A stretch of DNA of 64,000 bases from Hemiscyllium ocellatum (lineage: Eukaryota). The notes under the pieces were generated by a model. That model did not search any database. It had not been told where the DNA came from and worked only from the letters and a program-made list of their open reading frames with translations. The stretch is taken from NCBI RefSeq assembly GCF_020745735.1, contig NC_083437.1:44255955-44319954 (forward strand), in the 5' to 3' direction. Positions 49,901 through 59,099 of the stretch are shown here, piece by piece (position 1 is the first letter of the stretch; each line of letters starts with the position of its first letter). The translations under genes were made by a program, and so were the position numbers.

Positions 49901-51820
49901 CGAGCGGGAGAGAGAAAAAGCGAGCGGGAGAGAGAGAGAAAAAGCGAGCGAGCGAGAGAGAGAAAAAGCGAGCGAGCGAGAGAGAGAAAAAGCGAGCGAG
50001 CGAGAGAGAGAAAAAGCGAGTGAGCGAGAGAGAGAAAAAGCGAGAGAGAAAAAGTGAGAGAGAAAGAGTGAGAAAAAGCGAGAGACAGAAAAAGTGAGCA
50101 AGAGTGAAAAAGTGAGCGAGAAAAAAGCGAGCGAGAAAAAAAGCGAGCGAGAGAGAAAAAAAGGAGAGCAACAGCAAAAGAGTGCATAACAGAAAAAGAG
50201 AGCGCGAAAAAGCGAGTGAGACAAAAAAACTGAGCGAGCGAAAAAAATGAGCAAGAGACCGACAAAAAAAAGGAGCGAGCGAGCGAAAAAGCGAGCGAGA
50301 AAAAGCATGCAAGAAAAATGCATGCCAGGAAAAAAAAGCGAGAGAGAAAAAGCGAGAGACCGACAGAAAAAGTGAGCGCGCGACAGTAAAAGCGAGCGCA
50401 ACAGAAAGAGAAAAAGCGAGTGAGAGGGGAAAAGCGAGCAAGAGAGGAAAAGAAACAGCGAGAGCGAGAGCGAGAGAAAGAGCAAGCGAGAAAAAGCGAG
50501 CAAGACCGACAGAAAAAGCGAGCGAGAGAGAGAAAAAGCGAGAGCGAGAGAAAAGGCGAGCGAGAAAAAGCAAGCGAGAGAGAGAGGATATGCAAGAGAG
50601 CGACAGCAAATAGAAACAAAAAACAGAAAAAGAGAGCGCGAAAAAGCGAGTGAGACAGACAGAAAAAGCAAGCGAGCGAAAAAACGAGCCAGCGAGACCG
50701 ACAGCAAAAGCGAGCGAGAGAAAAAGCAAGCATGATAGATAAAATGAGAGAGAGAAAAAGCGAGCGAGACCGACAGAAAAAACGAGCGGGCAAGAGAAAA
50801 AGCGAGCGAGCGAGAGAAAAAGCGAGCCAGACAGAAAAACGAGCCAGACAGAAAAAACGAGCAGGCGAGACAAAAAGCGAGCAAGACAAAAAAAAGCGAG
50901 CGAGACAGACAGAAAAAGCGAGCAAGTGAGAAAAAGCGAGCGAGAGATAGAGAGAAAAAGCGAGACACCGAGAGCGAAAAAGGGAGCGAGCGACAGTAAA
51001 AGCGAGCGCACGACAGAAAAAGCGAGCGCGATGGAAAGAGAAAAAGTGAGCGAGAGAGAAAGCGAAAGAGATAAAAAGCGAGCGGGAAAAAGAAAAAGCG
51101 AGCAAGCGAGAGAGAGAAAAAGTGAGAGAGAAAGAGTGAGAAAAAGCGAGAGACAGAAAAAGTGAGCAAGAGTGAAAAAGCGAGTGAGAAAAAAATAGAG
51201 CGAGAGGAAATAAAAGAAAAGCAACAGCAAGAGTGCATAACAGAAAAAGAGAGCGCGAAAAAGCGAGTGAGACAAAAAAACTGAGCAAGCGAAAAAAATG
51301 AGCAAGAGACCGACAAAAAAATGGAGCGAGCGAGCGAACAAGCGAGCAAGAAAAAGCATGCAAGAAAAATGCATGCCAGAAAAAAAAGCGAGAGAAAAAG
51401 TGAGAGACCGACAGAAAAAGCGAGCGCGCGACAGTAAAAGCGAGCGCAACAGAAAGAGAAAAAGCGAGTGAGAGGGGAAAAGCGAGCAAGAGAGGAAAAG
51501 AAACAGCGAGAGCGAGAGAAAGAGCGAGCGAGAGAGAGAAAAAGCGAGAGCGAGAAGATATGCAAGAGAGCGACAGCAAATAGAAACAAAAAACAGAAAA
51601 AGAGCACGAAAAAGCGAGTGAGACAGACAGAAAAAGCAAGCGAGCGAAAAAACGAGCCAGCGAGACCGACAGCAAAAACGAGCAAGAGAAAAAGCAAGCA
51701 TGATAGATAAAATGAGAGAGAGAAAAAGCGAGTGAGACCGACAGAAAAAGCGAGCGGGCGAAACAAGAAGCGAGCAAGTGAGAAAAAGCGAGCGAGACAG
51801 ACAGAAAAAGCGAGTGAAAA
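43994..51820. repeat. Same satellite family, diverged middle block
   Basis: Seen: same AAAAAGCGAGCGAG backbone with more variants (ACCGAC, CAGTAAAA, GCATGC). Confidence 0.95.
51802..51820 (+). repeat. Left target-site duplication CAGAAAAAGCGAGTGAAAA
   Basis: Seen: identical to 52011-52029. Paralogous satellite units without the insert (40572-40610, 55908-55950) have the segment only once before ...GTGACAGATAAAA. Confidence 0.75.
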
Positions 51821-51849
51821 GTGAGGTCTGCAGATGCTGGAGATCACAG

Positions 51850-52013
51850 CTGAAAATGTGTTGCTGGTTAAAGCACAGCAGGTCAGGCAGCATCCAAGGA
51901 ACAGGAAATTCGACGCTTCGGGCCTGATGAAGGGCTCTGGCCCGAAACGTCAAATTTCCTGTTCCTTGGATGCTGCCTGACCTGCTGTGCTTTAACCAGC
52001 AACACATTTTCAG
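51850..52013. repeat. 75 bp inverted repeat (73/75 match) with 14 nt spacer
   Basis: Seen: 51850-51924 is the reverse complement of 51939-52013 except for two positions; the spacer is TGATGAAGGGCTCT (51925-51938). Confidence 0.97.
51924..51951 (+). ncRNA. Minimal hammerhead ribozyme core (PLE type), stem I probably disrupted
   Basis: Seen: CUGAUGA (51924-51930), extra A, stem II GGGC-UCUG-GCCC (51932-51943), GAAA (51944-51947) and CGUC with a GUC cleavage triplet (51949-51951); palindromic ACGU in place of stem III. Confidence 0.72.
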
Positions 52014-52029
52014 AAAAAGCGAGTGAAAA
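52011..52029 (+). repeat. Right target-site duplication CAGAAAAAGCGAGTGAAAA
   Basis: Seen: identical to 51802-51820; the first 3 nt (CAG) overlap the element end, so the true TSD is 12-19 bp. Confidence 0.75.
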
Positions 52030-55000
52030 AGCGAGTGTGACAGATAAAATGAGCAAGTGAAAAAGCGAGAGACAGACAGAACAAGCGAGCGAGAGAGAAA
52101 AGGCGAGCGAGAGAGAAAGCGACCGAGAGAGAAAAAGCACGAGACAGAAAAAGTGAACGAGCGAGAAAAATCGAGAGAGAGAAAAAGCGAGAGATCGACA
52201 AAAAAAGAGTGCAAAACAAGCGAGCGAGACCAAGAAAAAAAGCGAGTGAGACTGACAAAAAAGAGAGAAACAAAGCAAGACAGAAAAAGCGAGCGCGAGA
52301 GAGGAAATGCGAGCGAGCGGAAGAAAAAGCGAGCGAGCGAGAAAAAGCGAGATAGAAAAAGTGAACGAGCGAGAAAAATCGAGAGAGAGAAAAAGCGAGA
52401 GATCGACAAAAAAAAGTGTGCAAAACAAGCGAGCGAGACCAAGAAAAAAGCGAGAGCGACAGAAAGATAAAAAGCGAGCGAGAGGGGAAAAGCCAGCGAG
52501 CGAGGAAACGAAACAGCAAGAGAGAAAAAGAAACAGCGAGAGAGAGACCAAGAGAGAAAAAGCGAGAGAGAGACCAAGAGAGAAAAAGCGAGAGCGCGAC
52601 AGAAAAAACGAGAGCGACAGAAAGAGAAAAAGCGAGAGAGAGAGGAAACGAAACAGCGAGAGAGAAAAAGCAAAAGAGGAGGTAAAAAGCGAGCGACCGA
52701 CAGAAAAAGCGAGATAGAGAGAAAAAGCGAGAGAGCAACAGCAAAAGAGAGCATGACAGAAAAAGTGAGCGAGACTGAAAAAGCGAGCGAGCGAGACAAA
52801 AAGCGAGCGAGACAGACAGAAAAAGCGAGCGAGAGAGAAAAAGCGAGAGAAAAAGCGAACTCAAGAGACAAAGCGAGAGCGAGAGACAAAGCATGCGAGA
52901 AAAAAAGTGAGAGAGAGAAAAAAAGCGAGAGAAAGGCACAAGAGAGAAAAAACATGAGAGAGAAAAAGCGCGAGAGTGCGAGACAGAGAAAAAGCGCGAG
53001 ACAGAGAAAAAGCGCGAGACAGAGAAAAAGCGCGAGACAGAGAAAAAGCGCGAGACAGAGAAAAATCGAGAAAAAGCGAGAGAGCGAAAGAAAAAGAATG
53101 CAAAAAAAGCGAGCGAGACAGAAAAAGCGAGCGAGACCGACAGCAAAAGCGAGGGAGCGACAGCAAAAGCGAGCGAGACCAAAAAAGCGAGCGAGACAAA
53201 AAAAGTGAGCGAGAGATAGAGAAAAAGCTAGAGACCGAGAGAGAAAAAGCGAGCGCGCGAAAGAAAAAGTGAGAGCGCGACAGTAAAAGTGAGCGAGAGA
53301 AAAAGCGAGAGCGAGAGAAAAAGCGAGAGCGAGAGAAAAAGCGAGAGCGAGAGAGGGAACAAGCGAGCGAGAGAAAAGGTGAGAGAAAAAGCGAGTGAGA
53401 AAAAGCGAACGAGAGACAAAGCAAGAGCGAGAGAAAAAGTATGCAAGTAAAATGCATGCCAGAAAAGGAGTGTGCGAGAGAAAAAGCGAGAGAGAAAAAG
53501 CAAGAGAAAAAGCGAGAGAGCGAAAGAAAAAGAATGCAAAAAAAAAGCGAGCGAGACCGACAGAAAAAGCGAGAATGAGAAAAAGCGAGGGAGCGACAGC
53601 AAAAGCGAGCGCGAGAGAGAAAAAGTGAGCGAGACAAAAAAAGCGAGCGAGAGATAGAGAGAGAGAGAAAAAGCGAGCGTGCGAAATAAAAAGCGAGAGC
53701 GCGACAGTAAAAGTGAGCGAGAGGAAAAGAAACAGCGAGAGAGAAAAAGAGAGCGAGAGAAAAAGCGAAAGAGGAGATAAAAAGCCAGCGAGAAAAAGCC
53801 AGCGAGCGAGAGAAAAGGCGAGAGAAAAGGCGAGAGAAAAAGCGAACTCGAGAGACAAAGCGAGAGCGAGAGACAAAGCATGCAAGTAAAATGCATGCCA
53901 GAAAAGAAGCATGCGAGAGAAAAAGCGAGAGAGAGAGAAAAAGCGAGAAAAAGCGCGAGAGAGAAAAAAAGCGCAAGAGCGCGAGACAGAGAAAAAGCGC
54001 GAGACAGAGAAAAAGTGAGCGAGCGAGAAAAAGCGAGAGAGCGAAAGAAAGAGAATGCAAAAAAAAGCAAGCAAGACAGAAAAAGCGAGAATGAGAGAAA
54101 AAGCAAGGGAGCGACAGCAAAAGCGAGCAAGACTGAAAAAGCGAGCGAGAGAGAAAAAGCGAGCGCGTGAAAGAAAAAGCGAGTGAGAGGAAAAGAAACA
54201 GTGAGAGAGAAAAAGAAACAGCGAGAGAAAAAGCGAACAAGAGAGAAAAAGCGAGAGCGAGAGGAAAAGCGAAAGAGGAGATAAAAATCCAGCGAGAAAA
54301 AGCCAGCGAAAGAGAGAAAAAGCGAGCGAGAGAGAAAAAGCTAGACAGAAAGCGAGCGAGACAAAAAGTGCGCGAGAGAGAACAAGCGCGAGAGAGAAAA
54401 AAAGTGCGCGAGAGAGAGAAAAAGCGAGCGAGAGAGAAAAAGCTAGACAGAAAGCGAGCGAGACAAAAAGTGCGCGAGAGAGAACAAGCGCGAGAGAGAA
54501 AAAAAGTGCGCGAGAGAGAGAAAAAGCGAGCGAGAGAGAAAAGCGCAAGACAGAGAAAAAGCGCAAGACAGAGAAAAAGCGCAAGACAGAGAAAAAGAAT
54601 GCAAAAAAAAGTAAGCGAGACCAACAAAAAAAGCGATCGAGACCAAAAAGCGAGTGAGACCAACAGAAAAAGCGAGATAGAGAGAAAACGCGAGGGAGCG
54701 ACAGCAAAAGCGAGCAAGACTGAAAAAACAAGCGAGCGAGACAAAAAGCACGACAGACAGAAAAAGCGAGCAAGACAGAAAAAGCGAGATAGAGAGAAAA
54801 AGCAAGAGAGCAACAGCAAAAGCGAGCGAGACTGTAAAAGCGAGACAAAAAGCGAGCGAGACAGAAAAAACGAGCGAGCGAGAGAAAAGGCGAGAGCGAG
54901 AAAGCATGCATGAGAAATGCATGCCAGAAAAAAGCGAGCAAGACAAAAAGCGAGCGAGACAGACAGACAGAAAAAGCGAGTGAGTGAGAAAAAGCGAGCG

Positions 55001-55540
55001 AGAGAAAAAGCGAGAGCGAGAAAGCATGCAAGAAAAATGCATGCCAGAAAAAAAGCGAGAGAGAGAAAAAGCGAGAGAGAGAGAGAGAGAGGAAAAGCGA
55101 GAGACAGACAGACAGAAAAAGCGAGCGAGACAAAAAGCGAGCGAGACAGACAGAAAAAGCGAGCGAGTAAGAAAAAGCGAGCGACAAAAAACGAGCGAGA
55201 CAGAAAAAGCAAGCAAGCGAGACAGAAAAAAAGTGAGCGAGTGACAAAAAGCGAGTCAGACAGAAATAGCGAGCAAGACAGACAGAAATAGCGAGCGAGA
55301 CAGACAGAAATAGCGAGCGAGACAAAAAGCGAGCGAGAGAAAGCATGCAAGAAAAATGCATGCCAGAAAAAAAGCGAGAGAGAGAGAAAACTCGAGAGAA
55401 AAAGCGAGACACCAACAGAAAACGCGAGAGCGAGAGAAAAAGCAAGAGACCGACAGAAAAAGCGAGAGCGAGAGAAAAAGCGAGCGAGAGAAAGCATGCA
55501 AGAAAAATGCATGCCAGAAAAAAGAGCGAGAGAGAGAAAG

Positions 55541-55740
55541 CGAGAGCCCGACCGAAAAAGCGAGAGCCCGACCGAAAAAGCGAGAGCCCGACCGAAAAAG
55601 CGAGAGCCCGACCGAAAAAGCGAGAGCCCGACCGAAAAAGCGAGAGCCCGACCGAAAAAGCGAGAGCCCGACAGAAAAAGCGAGAGCCCGACAGAAAAAG
55701 CGAGAGCCCGACAGAAAAAGCGAGAGCCCGACAGAAAAAG
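55541..55740. repeat. Minisatellite (CGAGAGCCCGAC[C/A]GAAAAAG)10
   Basis: Seen: six ACCG units followed by four ACAG units. Confidence 0.95.
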
Positions 55741-57760
55741 CGAGAGCGAGAGAAAGCATGCAAGAAAAATGCATCCCAGAAAAAAGCGAGAGCGAGACAG
55801 ACAGAAAAAGCGAGCGAGACAGACAGAAAAGGTGAGCGAGCGAGACAAAGAGCGAACGAGCGAGACAAAAAGCGAGCGAGACAGACAGAAAAAGCAAGCG
55901 AGACAGACAGAAAAAGCAAGCGAAAAAGCGAGCGTGACAGATAAAATGAGCGAGTGAAAAAGCGAGAGAAAAAGCGAGCGACAGACAGAAAAAATGAATG
56001 AGAGAGAAAAGGCGACCGAGAGAGAAAAAGCGCGAGAGCGCGAGACAGAGATAAAGCACGAGACAGAGAAAAAGCGAGCGAGCGAGAAAAATCGAGAGAG
56101 AAAAAGTGAGAGAGTGACAGAAAAAGAATGCAAAAAAAGCGAGCGAGACAGAAAAAGTGAGCGAGCGGGAGAAAATGCGAGTGAGAGAATGCATGCCAGA
56201 GACAAAAAGCGAGCCAGACAGAAAAAGCGAGCGAGCGAGACAAACAGAAAGCGAGACAGACAGAAAAAGCGAGTGAGTCAGACAGAAAAACCGAGCGAAA
56301 AAGCGAGAGCAAGAGAAAGCATGCAAGAAAAATGCATGCCAGAAAAAAGCGAGCGAGACAGACAGAAAAAGCGAGCGAGCGAGCGAGAGAAAAAGTGAGA
56401 GCGAGAAAGCATGCAAGAAAAATGCATGCCAGAAAAAAGCGAGCGAGACAGACAGAAAAAGCGAGCGAGCGAGAGAAAAAGTGAGACAGAGGAAAAAGCG
56501 CAAGACAGAGAAAAAGTGAGCGAGCGAGAAAAATTGAGAGAGAAAAAGCGAGAGCGACAGAAAAAAACGCAAAAAAAGCGACAGAGACAAAAAAAGCGAG
56601 TGAGACCGACAAAAAAAACCAGCAAGACCCACAGAAAAAGCGAGCGAGAGAAAAAGCAAGAGCGAGAGAAAGCATGCAAGAAAAAAAGAGCGAGAGAGAG
56701 AAAACACGAGAGAGAAAGCGAGAGACCGACAGAAAAAGCGAGAGCGAGAGGAAAAGGCGAGCGACAGAAAGCATGCAAGAAAAATGCATCACAAAAAAGC
56801 GAGAGAGGGAGAGAAAATGCGAGCGAGCGGGAGAAAATGCGAGCGAGACAAATCGCGGGACAGACAGAAAAAGCGAGCGGGCGAGACAAAAAGCGAGCGA
56901 GACCCACAGAAAAAGCAAGCGAGAGAAAGCACGAGCGAGAGAAAGCATGCAAGAAAAATGCATGCCAGAAAAAAAGCGAGAGAAAAAGTGCGAGAGAGAG
57001 AGAAAAAGCGAGCGAGAGTGAGAAAAAGAGCAAGCGAGAAAAAGCAAGACAGAGAAAAAGCGAGAGACAGACAGAAAAAGCGAGCGAGAGAGAAAAGGCG
57101 AGCGAGAGAGCGTGAGAGCGTTGAGACAGAGAAAAAGTGAGCGAGCGAGAAAAATCGAGAGAAAAAGCGAGAGCGACAGAAAGGAACGAAAAAAAGCGAC
57201 AGAGACAGAAAAAGTGAGCGAGACCGACAAAAAAAGCGAGCGAGACCCACAGAAAAAGCGAGCGAGAGAAAAAGCGAGAGTGAGAGAAAGCATGCACAAA
57301 AATGCATGCCAGAAAAAAAGCGAGAGAGGGAAAAAGCGAGAGGGGGAAAAAGCGAGAGAGAGACAGAAAAACCGAGCGAGAGAGAAAGCGCGAGAGCGTG
57401 AGACAGAGGAAAAAGCGCAAGACAGAGAAAAAGTGAGCGAGCGAGAAAAATCGAGAGAGAAAAAGCGAGAGCGACAGAAAAAGAATGCAAAAAAAGCGAC
57501 AGACAAAAAAAAGTGAGCGAGACCGACAAAAAAAAACGAGCGAGACCCACAGAAAAAGTAAGCGAGAGAAAAAGCGAGAGCGAGAGAAAGCATGCAGGAA
57601 AAATGCATGCCAGAAAAAAAAGCGAGAGAGAGAGAAAACTCGAGAGAAAATGCGAGAGACCGAGAGAAAAAGCAAGAGCGAGAGAAAGCGAAAAAGCGAG
57701 TGAGAGAAAGCACACAAGAAAAATGCATGCCAGAAAAAAGAGCGAGAGAAAGAAAAATCG

Positions 57761-58005
57761 ACAGAGAAAGCGAGAGCCCGACAGAGAAAGCGAGAGCCCG
57801 ACAGAGAAAGCGAGGGCCCGACAGAGAAAGCGAGGGCCCGACAGAGAAAGCGAGAGCCCGACAGAGAAAGCGAGAGCCCGACAGAGAAAGCGAGAGCCCG
57901 ACAGATATAGCGAGAGCCCGACAGATATAGCGAGAGCCCGACAGAAAAAGCGAGAGCCCGACAGAAAAAGCGAGAGCCCGACAGAAAAAGCGAGAGCCCG
58001 ACAGA
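57761..58005. repeat. Minisatellite (ACAGAGAAAGCGAGAGCCCG)~12
   Basis: Seen: 20-mers with clustered variants. Confidence 0.93.
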
Positions 58006-59099
58006 AAGCGTGCAAGAAAAATGTATCCCAGAAAAAAGCGAGAGAGAGAGAGAGAGAAAATGTGAGCGAGCGGGAGAAAACGCGAGGGAGCGAAAAATCG
58101 AGCGAGACAAAAAGCGAGACAGACAGAAAAAGTGAGCGAGCGAGACAAAAAGCGAGCGAGACAAAAAGCGAGCGAGTGAGAAAAAGCGAGCGAGAGAAAG
58201 CATGCAAGAAAAATGCCTGCCAGAAAAAAAACGAGAGAGAGAAAAAGCGAGCGAGACAGACAGAAAAAAGCGAGCGAGAGAATGCATGCCAGAGACAAAA
58301 AGCGAGACAGACAGACAGAAAAAGCGAGCCAGGCAGACAGAAAAAGCGAGCCAGACAGACAGAAAAAGCGAGCGAGACAGACAGAAAAAGCGAGCCAGAC
58401 AGACAGAAAAAGCGAGCCAGACAGAAAAAGCGAGCGAGACAGACAGAAAAAGCGAGCGAGCGAGACAAAAAGCGAGAGACAGACAGAAAAAGCGAGCCAG
58501 ACAGACAGAAAAAGCGAGCGAGACAGACAGAAAAGAGCGAGACAAAAAGCGAGAGACAGACAGAAAAAGCGAGCCAGACAGACAGAAAAAGCGAGCGAGA
58601 CAGACAGAAAAGAGCGAGACAAAAAGCGAGAGACAGACAGAAAAAGCGAGCCAGACAGACAGAAAAAGTGAGCGAGACAGAAAAAGCGAGCGAGACAGAA
58701 AAAGCGAGCCAGACAGACAGAAAAAGCGAGCGAGACAGACAGAAAAAGCGAGCGAGACAGACAGAAAAAGCGAGCGAGACAGACAGAAAAAGCGAGCGAG
58801 ACAGACAGAAAAAGCGAGCGAGACAGACAGAAAAAGCGAGCGAGCGAGACAAAAAGCGAGAGACAGACAGAAAAAGCGAGGGAGACAAAAAGCGAGAGAC
58901 AGACAGAAAAAGCGAGCGAGCCAGACAGAAAAAGCGAGCGAGCCAGAAAAAGCGAGCGAGCCAGAAAAAGCGAGCGAGCCAGAAAAAGCGAGGGAGACAG
59001 AAAAAGCGAGGGAGACAGAAAAAGCGAGGGAGACAGACAGAAAAAGCGAGGGAGACAAAAAGAAAAAGCGAGCGAGCCAGACAGAAAAAGCGAGCGAGC

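Larger units (their letters stand above)
51821..52013. mobile_element. Penelope-like element (PLE) terminal-repeat fragment in inverted arrangement, non-autonomous
   Basis: Seen: a minus-oriented copy (51821-51924) fused to a plus-oriented copy (51923-52013), flanked by a 19 bp direct repeat and carrying CTGATGA...CCCGAAACGTC. Established: PLE pLTRs carry minimal hammerhead ribozymes and often insert as partial inverted repeats. The family assignment is inference. Confidence 0.8.

Noticed and set aside
41852-52013. RT plus hairpin RNA as a retron, DGR or telomerase-like system generating the satellite
   Set aside because: The RT is an ordinary broken CR1 ORF2, the hairpin is 8 kb away with its own TSD, and neither contains a template for the satellite unit.
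51850-52013. Pre-miRNA or intrinsic terminator
   Set aside because: The stem is too long and near-perfect, and it is better explained as inverted TE ends with a TSD.
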